The translations under genes and the position numbers were made by a program. Shown here in pieces: positions 31,221 through 42,000 of a stretch of DNA of 64,000 bases (positions are counted from its first letter, which is position 1; every line of letters starts with the position of its first letter). Under the pieces are notes generated by a model. It was not told the DNA's origin and searched no databases. It worked only from the letters and a program-made list of their open reading frames with translations. Source of the DNA: Lachnospiraceae bacterium (GTDB lineage: Bacteria; Bacillota; Clostridia; Lachnospirales; Lachnospiraceae); assembly GCA_045588655.1 (NCBI GenBank), contig JAZNEP010000007.1, forward strand, positions 3,260 to 67,259. The letters are read 5' to 3'.

Positions 31221-32780
31221 TTATGCCTGTGTTGATTCTGACTCAACAAGAGCTGCTGCAACTGCATCCTTTACTGTCTCAGAAATTACTTTTGAAGAAT
31301 TATCATTATTGACTGATTCTACTCCGGTAAGATTGATGTTGTGATTTACTTTTGCATCATATGTTTCAGAACGCATCACATCTACAAGATCCAAACCGGT
31401 AATTTCCTTTACAGACTCCAATGTTTTTGCCAGTACACTAGGTACATAATTTCCCATAGTAGATACTCCGCTTTCACCGGAACCGCTGTCAATGATAGTT
31501 ACTTTATCAATGGTTGAAAGAGGCTCTGCAATTGCTTTTGCCATTTCAGGTAATGCTGTTACAATCATTTCAAGCATAGCCGCTTTACCATACTTGGTCA
31601 TAGCTTCTGCTTTTTTCTCTAATGCTTCTGCCTCAGCAATACCTCTTGCTTCAATGGCCTTCGCTTCCGCTTCACCGACAGCCTGAATACCTTTCGCTTC
31701 CTGTTCTTTTGCAAATAAATCTGCCTCAGCCTGAATTTTTCTTGCTTCCGCATCTTTTTCACGTTCAAACATTACAGCTTCTGCTTTACGTTTTCTCTCA
31801 AAAAGCTCTGCTTCCGCTTCCTGTTCTCTTTTGAACTTTTCAGCTTCGGCTTTCTTTTTAACTTCAGCATCTAATTTTTGGGTTTCAAGTTCTACTTTCC
31901 GTTGCTGTACAATAACTTCTTTTTCTTGTTTTACAACATCTGCATCACCGGTCGTAGCCTCAATTGTTTTTCTGCGTTCCTGCTCCTGAATCTTGTATGC
32001 AGCATCCGCATCCGCTTTCTTTTCATCAGATATAATCTTCAGCTCTGCTTTTTTGATTTCTAACTCATTATTACGTTCTGCAATTGCAGTTTCTGCTTCT
32101 ACTTTTGCATCATTTGATTCTTTTTCCGCCATAGCCTGTGCAACAGCAATTTCCTTTTCACTTTCTGCTCTTGCAATAGCAGCAGATTTCTGAATCTTAA
32201 CAATGTTGTCCACACCAAGATTCTCGATGACGCCGGAATCATCCACAAAATTCTGTACGTTAAAACTAATGATATCAAGACCCATTTCACCAAGGTCCGG
32301 ATCCGCATTTTGTTTTACAAGATCCGCAAATTTCTGTCGGTCGGAAACCATTTCTTCCAGCTTCATTTTACCAACAATTTCACGCATGTTACCTTCGAGA
32401 ACTTCCCTCGCTACCTGCGCGATATAATCCGGTCTCTTATTTAAGAAGTTTTGCGCCGCAAGTGCAAGCTTATCCGGCTTATCACTGATTTTAATGTTGA
32501 CTGCAGCATCTACATTAATATTGATATAATCTGCGGTTGGAACAGAACTAGCAGTTTTAACATCAATCGGAATCAACTGCAAGCTTAATTCGTCTTTACG
32601 TTCTAAGAAAGGTACTTTTACACCGGCCTTACCAATTAAAATTTTTGGTGTCTTTCGAAGACCCGAGATAATATAAGCTTTATCCGGTGACGCTTTTACA
32701 TAACCGCTGATTAACAGCACAAATACTAAAATGACACAAATAATTCCAATAATTAACGGTACAGTTATAAATGTTGGCAT
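31221..32780 (-). CDS. flotillin-like SPFH/band-7 protein (FloT/YuaG-type)
   Basis: N-terminal TM, SPFH domain, long Ala/Glu/Lys-rich coiled-coil (EAEA repeats), C-terminal flotillin tail. Confidence 0.8.
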   Translation of the reverse strand: MPTFITVPLIIGIICVILVFVLLISGYVKASPDKAYIISGLRKTPKILIGKAGVKVPFLERKDELSLQLIPIDVKTASSVPTADYININVDAAVNIKISDKPDKLALAAQNFLNKRPDYIAQVAREVLEGNMREIVGKMKLEEMVSDRQKFADLVKQNADPDLGEMGLDIISFNVQNFVDDSGVIENLGVDNIVKIQKSAAIARAESEKEIAVAQAMAEKESNDAKVEAETAIAERNNELEIKKAELKIISDEKKADADAAYKIQEQERRKTIEATTGDADVVKQEKEVIVQQRKVELETQKLDAEVKKKAEAEKFKREQEAEAELFERKRKAEAVMFEREKDAEARKIQAEADLFAKEQEAKGIQAVGEAEAKAIEARGIAEAEALEKKAEAMTKYGKAAMLEMIVTALPEMAKAIAEPLSTIDKVTIIDSGSGESGVSTMGNYVPSVLAKTLESVKEITGLDLVDVMRSETYDAKVNHNINLTGVESVNNDNSSKVISETVKDAVAAALVESESTQA

Positions 32781-32813
32781 AGTTTTCTCTCCTTTTGTAT
32801 TTTATTCTTTTTT

Positions 32814-33521
32814 CTAAGGGTGTTTTTGAGTTTCTTCCTGTTCAAACATTTCAATCAAACCATTTTCAAGCATATTGTCGTATGCATTAATCATATGAAG
32901 ATTTGCAAGCTTTTCTGCTTTTTCTGCATCTCTTTCTTTGATTGCTTCCATAATCTCACGATGCTCCAAATTGGATGCTCTACCGCGTTTTTCACTGGAT
33001 AATGTCATCTTGCGCACACGATAAACATACTGGTGAAAATCTCTGAGCAGATGCTCGAGCATTTTACTGTTACAGGATTCATACAAAATTTCATGGAATC
33101 GATTGTCCATCTGCGCCATCTGATCAAAGTGTCCTTTGGTCTCATGAAATTCGGAGAGATATACATTCTCTTCCATTTCATTCATCTGCTCCGGTGTGAT
33201 ATGTTCTGTGGCCCATCTGGCACATAGCCCTTCCAGCAATGAACGCACCATGTAGATGTCCTTTACATCCTTTTGGGTAATTCCTGTAACATAGGTTCCT
33301 TTATTTGGAACCATCCGAAGAAGCCCCTCTAACTCAAGCTGGCGAAACGCTTCACGCACCGGTGTTCTGGAAACACCAAGTTCTTCACCAATGGTCGCCT
33401 CACGTAATTCTTCACCCTGTTTGTACTTGCCGCTCAAAATATCCTCTCTGATTTTGTGAAATACTCTTCCACGGAGAGAATATTTATCTGATACCTGATC
33501 CTTAAGATTATAATCTGCCAT
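32814..33521 (-). CDS. GntR-family transcriptional regulator (FadR/FCD subfamily)
   Basis: wHTH ...ELGVSRTPVREAFRQLELEGLL... plus C-terminal FCD-like all-helical domain. Confidence 0.85.
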   Translation of the reverse strand: MADYNLKDQVSDKYSLRGRVFHKIREDILSGKYKQGEELREATIGEELGVSRTPVREAFRQLELEGLLRMVPNKGTYVTGITQKDVKDIYMVRSLLEGLCARWATEHITPEQMNEMEENVYLSEFHETKGHFDQMAQMDNRFHEILYESCNSKMLEHLLRDFHQYVYRVRKMTLSSEKRGRASNLEHREIMEAIKERDAEKAEKLANLHMINAYDNMLENGLIEMFEQEETQKHP

Positions 33522-33535
33522 AGAAAGCTGCCTCC

Positions 33536-34957
33536 CTACTGTATGATTTCGTCAAAGACCAATTCCAGTCTTGCACAAGCATTCTTAAACTCAGAAACAA
33601 GCTCTTCCTCTGTAAGAACAGTGACTCGTCCGCTTTCGTATTCCGCATCCACCCATTTTTTCATCTCTGCAATCACAGGATCATTTTTGGATAATTGTTT
33701 CTCCTTTGCGAGTTTAAAGTAGGTATTTAACCAATGGGCAATTCCAGCCAGACCGGATGTATTTGATACAGCACAAAGAACCGGACGATTCAAAAACTTC
33801 TCTGTATCAAATATATTATAAATCTCTTCATTTTTCAATAAGCCATCTGCATGGATTCCTGCTCTTGTCACATTAAAATTTTTACCAACAAACGGTGTTC
33901 TCGGCGGAATCTTATATCCGATTTCTTTTTCAAAATATTCTGCAAGCTCTGTAATAACGGTAGTATCCATCCCATTTAGGTGGCCTTTTAACTGCGCGTA
34001 CTCAAATACCATTGCTTCAAGCGGTGTATTTCCGGTTCTTTCACCAATACCAAATAAAGACGTATTAATTCCGGAACAACCATATAACCATGCGGTAGTA
34101 GAGTTTACAACCGCTTTATAAAAGTCATTATGTCCATGCCACTCAATGAGTGAATGAGGAACACCGGCGTGTGTATGAATCGCATAGATAATACCCTGTA
34201 CACTTCGCGGAATCACTGCCCCCGGATAATTAACACCATATCCCATGGTATCACAGGCACGAACTTTAATCGGAATTTTGTATTCTTCCATAAGCTTCAT
34301 CAATTCTAAACAAAACGGAACCACATATCCATAGATATCTGCTCTCGTAATATCTTCCAAATGACATCGAACACTGATACCTTCTTCCAAACAATCACGA
34401 ACTACACTTAAATAATGCTCCATCGCTTGTTTACGTGTCATTTTTAATTTCAAGAAAATATGATAATCAGAACAGCTCACAAGAATACCGGTCTCTTTCA
34501 TTCCAATCTCTTTTACGAGCTTAAAATCTTCTTTGCTGGCGCGAATCCAGCTCGTTACCTCCGGAAACTCATAACCACGTTCCATACATTTATAAACAGC
34601 ATCGCGATCTTTTTTACTATATAAGAAAAATTCACTTGCGCGAATCATTCCGTTCGGACCACCAAGTTTATGCAGATAGTCATAGATTGTCACAATTTGT
34701 TCTGTGGTATATGGTGCACGCGATTGCTGACCATCACGGAATGTAGTATCTGTAATCCAAATATCTCTTGGCATGTCATGAGGAACGGTCCTATCATTAA
34801 ACGGGACTTTTGGTACCTCGGAATAGGGAAACATATTTCGAAATACATTTGGTTTTTCTACATCGTCCAAAATGTACATATGTTCCTCTATTTCTAAAAG
34901 ATTTTTTTGTGAATTCATCGTCACGGGTCTATCCTCGAATGGATTTACAATATTCAT
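33536..34957 (-). CDS. homocitrate/2-isopropylmalate-synthase-family enzyme, putative Re-citrate synthase
   Basis: HMGL-like DRE-TIM barrel (WITDTTFRDGQQS...). Its size and its context with NADP-IDH resemble clostridial Re-face citrate synthases. Start at MNIVNPF with AAGGAGGA SD. Confidence 0.6.
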   Translation of the reverse strand: MNIVNPFEDRPVTMNSQKNLLEIEEHMYILDDVEKPNVFRNMFPYSEVPKVPFNDRTVPHDMPRDIWITDTTFRDGQQSRAPYTTEQIVTIYDYLHKLGGPNGMIRASEFFLYSKKDRDAVYKCMERGYEFPEVTSWIRASKEDFKLVKEIGMKETGILVSCSDYHIFLKLKMTRKQAMEHYLSVVRDCLEEGISVRCHLEDITRADIYGYVVPFCLELMKLMEEYKIPIKVRACDTMGYGVNYPGAVIPRSVQGIIYAIHTHAGVPHSLIEWHGHNDFYKAVVNSTTAWLYGCSGINTSLFGIGERTGNTPLEAMVFEYAQLKGHLNGMDTTVITELAEYFEKEIGYKIPPRTPFVGKNFNVTRAGIHADGLLKNEEIYNIFDTEKFLNRPVLCAVSNTSGLAGIAHWLNTYFKLAKEKQLSKNDPVIAEMKKWVDAEYESGRVTVLTEEELVSEFKNACARLELVFDEIIQ

Positions 34958-34994
34958 CTTTGGTCCTCCTTTTTTCTCTCTTAATATGCATGTA

Positions 34995-35027
34995 TAATTG
35001 TATACAATATTTATATATATGTCAACC
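34995..35027 (-). promoter_or_regulatory. sigma-A-type promoter (TTGACA-17-TACAAT) overlapped by a perfect 12-bp palindrome ATTGTATACAAT (candidate GntR operator)
   Basis: Read directly on the minus strand: TTGACAtatatataaatattgtaTACAAT. The palindrome covers the -10 and matches the GT-n-AC core of FadR-type GntR sites. Confidence 0.5.
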
Positions 35028-35047
35028 CTTACCATTTTTACCAGTTT

Positions 35048-35938
35048 TTATTTTAACAATTTTTGTACATTGACCATCCCAAATCCTTGTAACAAATAGC
35101 TTTCGCCAAGATCATCGGTTGCGTGCATTAATCGTCTTTTCATTTCTTCTGCAGATAAGTAAGGATATTTTTCATATGCAAGCGCAAGCACCCCACTTAT
35201 AATAGGTGTCGCCATACTCGTTCCACTTTTTGATATATAATTTTCAAACATATTACCACAGGATACAATTTCTGTTCCGGGCGCTACAATATCCGGTTTT
35301 TTATATACATAACTCCCCGGACCTCTACCGGAGCAATCCTGACATTTTTTTTTAAATAATTTACTTTCTTTTCCTTCATGACATCCGACACAAATAACAT
35401 AAGGACTATCTCCCAGTTTTGAAAGGGTTCTATTCGAAGGGCCTGAATTTCCAGCAGCTGTTACAAGCAAAATATTCTTGTTATATGCCTCCTCAAACAA
35501 TTGATACAATTTTTTCTTTTCTTTTGCATCTTGAATCGTCAAAGAACTGACCGAAATATTAATAACCTTGATATTTTTTTCTTTAGCAATACACAATAGC
35601 CATTCTATACCTTGAATAAGTGTAATGATATCCCCTTCTCCTCTTCGATTTAGTATTTTTCCTACACACAAGTGACATCCTGGAGCGATTCCACGATATT
35701 TTCCATTTTTACCATTTCCTTCTGCAGCTATAATCCCGCATACATGTGTTCCGTGTCCGGTTTCATCGTTTGGTCTGCGAACGTTTCTATCCACAAAGTT
35801 TTTATATGCAACCACTTTTCCTACCAGCTCTTTATGTGGATTCACACCGGAATCCAGCACTCCTACACCAATATTTTTACCGGTCAATCCTTGCGCAATT
35901 GCTGCATCTATCTGAATACATCGACGTACTCTTTCCAT
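35048..35938 (-). CDS. S8-family subtilisin-like serine peptidase, apparently intracellular (no signal peptide)
   Basis: Catalytic triad contexts VLDSGV (Asp), HGTHVCGIIAA (His), GTSMATPIISG (Ser). Confidence 0.85.
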   Translation of the reverse strand: MERVRRCIQIDAAIAQGLTGKNIGVGVLDSGVNPHKELVGKVVAYKNFVDRNVRRPNDETGHGTHVCGIIAAEGNGKNGKYRGIAPGCHLCVGKILNRRGEGDIITLIQGIEWLLCIAKEKNIKVINISVSSLTIQDAKEKKKLYQLFEEAYNKNILLVTAAGNSGPSNRTLSKLGDSPYVICVGCHEGKESKLFKKKCQDCSGRGPGSYVYKKPDIVAPGTEIVSCGNMFENYISKSGTSMATPIISGVLALAYEKYPYLSAEEMKRRLMHATDDLGESYLLQGFGMVNVQKLLK

Positions 35939-35940
35939 AA

Positions 35941-35988
35941 AAAAACTCCCGACTTTTTTACTAGTTTATGTCGGAAGTTTTTTTTCGT
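35941..35988. terminator. imperfect hairpin terminator downstream of the surface-protein operon
   Basis: AAAAACTCCCGAC ... GTCGGAAGTTTTTTTT (one mismatch in stem), A-run and T-run on either side. Confidence 0.45.
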
Positions 35989-36003
35989 TATTTTGCTTGT
36001 CTG

Positions 36004-39000
36004 TTACAATTTTCTTTTAAAGGGTAGATTTATCATTAGCCCTAATCCCAATAGGGCGCAGCCAATAACTAAAAGCCATTTCGGATCAAAGAGCTCTCCT
36101 GTTTCAGGGGACTCATCTTTTTGAAGAAGTCGCAGGCTCTCTGCTTTTATAGCCTCTCCGACCTCTCCGATTCCTGCATAAATACCATAGGCTGAAAAAT
36201 GGTTTGTTCGAAACACAAAATAATTTTGATCCTCTTTTTCAATCTTTTTACCATAAATGAATTGTAGTTGATTACGATCTGTTAAAGTAACAGCGCATAT
36301 ATTTTGGTCCATCATGGTATCGGAAATTGGTATACTTACCTCTACTTTTCCATCACCAAAATTCGTAATCGGAATATTGCTCTTTCGTTCTACTATCTGG
36401 AGATCAAACATCGTTAGCTGCCCCTCTACCGGTTGCCCATATTCCTTTATTACCGCTAAACGCAAATCGTTTTCCTTTTTTAAATCATTCTTTACATAAA
36501 GCAAATATGGTTGATCATCATCAAGTACATCCGCAGTAATACGCTCTGCTCCAACGTAATTTGTACCAAGATCAATTGTAGTAACATATTCGATTGGCTG
36601 CTGAGATTCTACTTCGTTTTCCTCAGACGTCCCAATTGAGTCTGCTTCCTCTGTTGGTTCGGTTCCTTCTGTTTCAGCAGCTTCTTCAGAATTTTCATCT
36701 ACAGTCGGAATCGAAGTTGAAAACGTAAATTGCGTATCATAATCATCCAGTTTACCTAACGCCGGTGGTAATAATATTCCTGATATCTCATTTTCTCCCC
36801 AATATTCATAGGTTTCATAAGCATCAAAAGCATCCGGTAAAGCTGTTGTTAACGTATATACTTTATCATTCACACGAACATCCGCAGGAATCTCAATCAA
36901 TCCGGTTCTTTCATCCGGATACTGCGTACAATAAACCAATTGCGCATATCCTGAATCTTCTTCAGGAATCGTAATGACTAGCCCTCTAAATCCCAAGTAT
37001 CTTTCATCTAAAATCGTATTTGATTTTTCGATAGTGGCACTCGGTATTACAACTGTTTTGATATCTGGAAAAACGAGGTTACGATATCCGTAATTCTCAA
37101 TTCGTGTTGCTGTTTTTTCATAAGAAACAGCCGGAAGTGTTTTTTTATTTTGAAAGATTATGGTATCAGTAGCTGCCAATTTAAATGCACCTAAACCAAT
37201 CTCTGATACACTATCGGGTATAGTAATCTGAATTAGCGGACACATCGAAAATGCTCTGTCACATATCTTGGTTAGATTTTTTCCACCTGAAATCTTAGAC
37301 AAAGAGATACAACCACTAAATGCATCCTCTCCTATTTCAGTCAACTGATCATTTAACGTCACTTCAAGAATTTCAGGATGATTTTGAAAAACGCCACCTG
37401 CAATTTTTTTAACATTTTCCGGAAGATATATTCTTGCAGCATCTCCTTTATACGCCAAAAGAATACCATCTCCGACGATTAAAAAATCACTTCCATTTTT
37501 ATTAGCTTTCCATGTATCAAGATACTTGGTTCCTGAAAATGCTTCCGGCTCAATTGACTCAATCGTGGATGGAATTTCTACCTTGGACAAATTGTCACAA
37601 TGATAAAATGCACCATATCCTATATGTGTGACACCTTCCGGGATTACCACATGATGTGCACTACTCCTTGCAAACGCAAAATCGTCAATCGTATCTATCG
37701 TATCATCCATCGTAACGTTTTTAAATCCGGTTGCCTGATAATATTCTTTCTTTTGAATGATGTGATTACCTAAGTCCGGTGCAATAAAATCCGGTGTAAA
37801 CTCATCCAGTGCAGATACCTGCGTTTGCTGCGAATTCTCCCCGATATTTTCATCATATAAAATAACCGCATTTCCTGCTACTACCCTTGTCTTTCCGATG
37901 ACGTCAGCAGAATCCGGTCCATAATAGTCTGACACGTTTAATTTAGAAACATCCGCAGGATTAGAGGGATCATATAAATCTGCTTTTTCTTTCTGCGTAT
38001 CGGAACCCTCATTCTCGTCCTTTCTTTGTTCTTCTTGCGAATGATTATCTTTCTGTCCCGGCATAGAATCTTTATACATTTCACCAATCACATTTCCACT
38101 GACTGTTACATTTTCCTGTTCAAGCAAAAGAGACTGATTGGTCTCAAAGGCTTTTGCAAATTCATACGCCGGTGTTCCTTCCTGCGCAATAATGTTCAAA
38201 TCATAACAACCGTCAAATGCAGTACCGTGAATATCCATAACTGACGCCGGTAATGTAATATATTCCAATGATACACAATCCTCAAAAGCCTTAGCAGCAA
38301 TCTTTCGAACGGAATACGGAATTGCAATATCGCTTAAATTTTTACAATTTGAAAAGGAATATTCCGGAATGTAAGATAGATGCGGAGATAATTCCACTTG
38401 TTCAAGATTATCACATCCCCAGAATGCATAGCGCTCGATATCAGTAACGGAATCCGGCATATCAAAAAATTCAAATTCCCGCCCTGCAAATACCTGTATC
38501 AATTTTGTTTTATCCCGATTATATAACGCGCCATCAGAAAGCACAAAATAATCGTTTTCACCTAGTGTAACTGACTTTAGTTCACGATCACCTGAAAAAA
38601 CACCGGCTCCAAGTTCAACAATTGTCTTTGAAAATCTCACGGTATCAAGCTCAGGGCACATGGCAAAAGCCCCACTTTCAATTGTCTGTAGCCCTTCAGA
38701 AAAAATCACGGTATCAAGCAACGGGCAATCTCGAAAAGCACCGTTTTCAATTATTTCCACACTAGATGGTATGCGGACGGTTTCGATGTACGGATTACTT
38801 GCAAAAGCGTCCGTACTAATAATTCGAATCCCATTAGGAACAGACACGACCGAAGCCGTGCCTGTATAAGAAATCAATGTATTTCCATCTCTTTTAAATT
38901 CTACTTCCGGACTTAACGCGTTAGCAAATGACGCCGGAACCTGCGAGAAAGCAATTGCTAATGCCATAAATATGGCTCCCGCTATTTTTCTGATTTTTCT

Positions 39001-39006
39001 TTTCAT
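36004..39006 (-). CDS. cell-surface leucine-rich-repeat (BspA-type LRR_5) protein, 1000 aa, sortase-B-type substrate
   Basis: Signal peptide MKRKIRKIAGAIFMALAIAFSQVPASFA; multiple BspA-like LRR units (..AF..C..L..V.IP..V..IG..AF..); acidic linker; C-terminal SPETG-ELFDPKW-TM-KRKL sorting signal. ATGA overlap with upstream gene. Confidence 0.8.
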   Translation of the reverse strand: MKRKIRKIAGAIFMALAIAFSQVPASFANALSPEVEFKRDGNTLISYTGTASVVSVPNGIRIISTDAFASNPYIETVRIPSSVEIIENGAFRDCPLLDTVIFSEGLQTIESGAFAMCPELDTVRFSKTIVELGAGVFSGDRELKSVTLGENDYFVLSDGALYNRDKTKLIQVFAGREFEFFDMPDSVTDIERYAFWGCDNLEQVELSPHLSYIPEYSFSNCKNLSDIAIPYSVRKIAAKAFEDCVSLEYITLPASVMDIHGTAFDGCYDLNIIAQEGTPAYEFAKAFETNQSLLLEQENVTVSGNVIGEMYKDSMPGQKDNHSQEEQRKDENEGSDTQKEKADLYDPSNPADVSKLNVSDYYGPDSADVIGKTRVVAGNAVILYDENIGENSQQTQVSALDEFTPDFIAPDLGNHIIQKKEYYQATGFKNVTMDDTIDTIDDFAFARSSAHHVVIPEGVTHIGYGAFYHCDNLSKVEIPSTIESIEPEAFSGTKYLDTWKANKNGSDFLIVGDGILLAYKGDAARIYLPENVKKIAGGVFQNHPEILEVTLNDQLTEIGEDAFSGCISLSKISGGKNLTKICDRAFSMCPLIQITIPDSVSEIGLGAFKLAATDTIIFQNKKTLPAVSYEKTATRIENYGYRNLVFPDIKTVVIPSATIEKSNTILDERYLGFRGLVITIPEEDSGYAQLVYCTQYPDERTGLIEIPADVRVNDKVYTLTTALPDAFDAYETYEYWGENEISGILLPPALGKLDDYDTQFTFSTSIPTVDENSEEAAETEGTEPTEEADSIGTSEENEVESQQPIEYVTTIDLGTNYVGAERITADVLDDDQPYLLYVKNDLKKENDLRLAVIKEYGQPVEGQLTMFDLQIVERKSNIPITNFGDGKVEVSIPISDTMMDQNICAVTLTDRNQLQFIYGKKIEKEDQNYFVFRTNHFSAYGIYAGIGEVGEAIKAESLRLLQKDESPETGELFDPKWLLVIGCALLGLGLMINLPFKRKL

Positions 39007-42000
39007 TCGATCACTTTCACAATCTTATTTTTGGAACCTTTACTAAAGAACAAAATCACAGATAAAAGTGCAAGTCCAAGGGAAAGGAACCATTTAGGAT
39101 GAATTGGATCACCAGTGGTTGGTGTTGCATCAATCACACCACTTGTAAGATGATCAGTTTCCACATAAATCGCATATGGAGAAAAATGTGTTGCATCAAA
39201 TGTAATGCAGGCAACTCCATCAATCGAAGTTAATCTGGAATCCAGCTTTTCAAAGATGCCATTCTTTACCGCACCGGCTTTGTTATTACCTGCATAAGCA
39301 GCCAGTACATCCGGTAGCGGAAGTGTGATTGTCACTGTAATCCCGGTCGTATTTTCTATTTTTGTTGTACCGGTAGAATCATATAAGCTGATATCCATTG
39401 CAAAATACTTCAAATTCTCAAGTGTACCATATTCTTTTAGCAGAGCAGCTTCAACTGCTTCTCTAGCTTCTGCGCTATCAGAAACCTTCACAACAAAATT
39501 ATCGTTTGCACCCGATATTTTGGCTGAAACAAGATCCCTATTTGAAATTCCTGTTTTGGTCACTACTACTCTGGTGCCTGTATCCGGTCTTCCAGGTCTG
39601 GTAACAATCGTAGTATGATTTCCGCTTATCGTACCGGATGGACGAATAATAGTTGTTGTCCCATTTGAAACATTTGAACCACCAGGTTTAGTCTGTGTCT
39701 GATTTTGATTCGGATTGTTTCCATTGTTTCCATTACCAGAATTTGAGGAATTATTACTGCTTCCGCCGGAATTAGAAGATGGTTCCTTGGATGCATCGGA
39801 AGAAGTACTTCCGCTGTTGTCCTGCATATTCTGGTTGGATGTATCCTTTTTATAAAGGGCTTTAACCTGCATATCTGCAGACACCGGAACCGTTGCATAA
39901 TTGGATGGTGACCACGTGCTGAACACATACCCTTTTCTCGTCGGTACAACTGTCGTTTCCGTCGGACAGCTTCCGGCCGCAACCATCTGCGTATCTAAAA
40001 TCTGGCCATCATGATCTACAAACTCCACTTTATAACGCTTTGTAGTATCCGTCGTCCCACCGGTATTTCCACCGTTGCCATCACCCTCTACATAATTTGG
40101 ATCTTCCACGTAATACGCTTTTATAATCAGATTTCCTGTTACTGCTATGGACGTATAGTTTGACGGTGACCAGTAACTAAACACATATCCTTTTCGTGTC
40201 GGTGTTACATTTGGTCTTGATGGACACTCTCCTTCTTTTAAATACTGCGTATCCCATTGATATAAACCATCAAAATCCTCAAACACAACGGAATAGAATC
40301 CTTCAATTTCCGGAGCATTGCTCTCTTCATAAATCGCTTTGGTTATAATATCTTCTTTGACATTATCGAATTTTTCCGTCCATCCAACAAGGGCATAACC
40401 TTCTCTGGCTGTACGAGGTGCTACTGCACTTGCACCCCTATTGACAGTTTGTACATCTAATACATAATCGTCCCAATCTAAGAATGTTACCGTAAATGTT
40501 TGGACATAGGTTTGGGCGGTGATTCCCTCTTTATCCTCACAGTACCAGTATGCTGTACTGTCCTCTTCACATTCGACGGTCAGTCCCTGAATATATTTCT
40601 GATTGCCATATTCATCTTCCGTTATGAAAGCAGTATCATCGATACTTTGAACACTTCCAGGGATTGCTATGGTTGAAAGCTGCGTATTTCTAAATGCATG
40701 TTTACCGATTTTCTTTGTTGTATCCGAAAGACTACAGTAATACAGCGACTGTGCACCATCAAAACAGTAATCCGGGATAAGCGTTACTTCTGAATCATCA
40801 AGATACGCCTCTCTGATACCGGTACAATACTGGAAAGCACCTTCATCAATTGATTTAATTCCGGCAAAATCTGCAGATCCTAAACGCGCTGCTCCTTTTA
40901 GAATACCTCTTGTCTCTAAACATTCCACAATGCGAATCGGCGTCCCGTCTTCACCTTTTCCTTTGATGATGGCATCTTCACAAACAAAATAAGGTGAATC
41001 ACCAAAATCAACATCTGTTAGCAGCGTACATCCGGCAAATGGCATACCATCTATCTCCGTCAAGGTATTCGGGAAAGATACATTTTCAAGTGCTGTACAA
41101 TCTTTAAATGCATTTTTACCAAGAGATTCGCCGTTTTCTGCTGTGCTATTTTTCATAATAAAAGTATGCAAAGATTTACATCCCGCAAACTCATTTGCAG
41201 GAACAGATTCTACTGTTTCCAAAATCACACTCTGAACCGCATTATTTCCGGCAAAGAGATCTTTATCCAATCCTCGAATGCCCTCCGGAATATAAACATG
41301 ATATACGGCATCAATAACCGCCTGCTCTTCTTCTGTGAGAATCATAGGATTGATTGGATTGCTCAGATTATTCTGGTATTTGTTGTTCGCAGAAGCAACG
41401 ATTGCATTTTCCTGATCCTTGGTACGTACATAATCGCTTGTACCATCATAGGTACTTATACTATAGGAGCTGTTTCCTTTTAGCTGATCTTCCGTTGGGA
41501 TCTTTACTACAACCGGATAAGCCGAATCAATGGCATTGGTGTCTGCATTTTTAGAAACCACCATCTGAATCTGTAAATTCTGCGGGAATCCACTCGTATA
41601 TGTAATATACTGTGTTGGTGCAGCCGGTGAGTTATAATTATTTTCTACATTCATCGCATAATCAAACGGTACACAACCAAATGCAATATCACCAACAAAA
41701 CAAAGATTTTCATCCGGAACATTGTCCCCATCTGAATCAATATCTTCTAATGTAACACCTGTCTTAAATGCTTCCGGTCCGATCTCACGAACAGCAAGTG
41801 CATTGTCAAAATTAACCGTACGAAGCGAAGTACATCCTTTAAAGGCTCCGGCTTCAATGTATGCTACGGATTCCGGAATATATAAATATGCGATTTCTTC
41901 ATTGTTTGTAAAGGTACCTGCTGCAATAGAACCAACATTATATTTCGCAATGTTGTCCGGAATAATTACATTTCGTCCATCATTGGTTTCATCTACTTTT

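Noticed and set aside
39650-40650. Possible CRISPR or other interspersed repeat
   Set aside because: The repeats are long (about 250 nt), imperfect and in-frame inside the 1535-aa surface-protein gene. They encode Listeria-Bacteroides repeat domains and a Ser/Asn-rich linker, so this is protein-domain repetition, not a CRISPR array.
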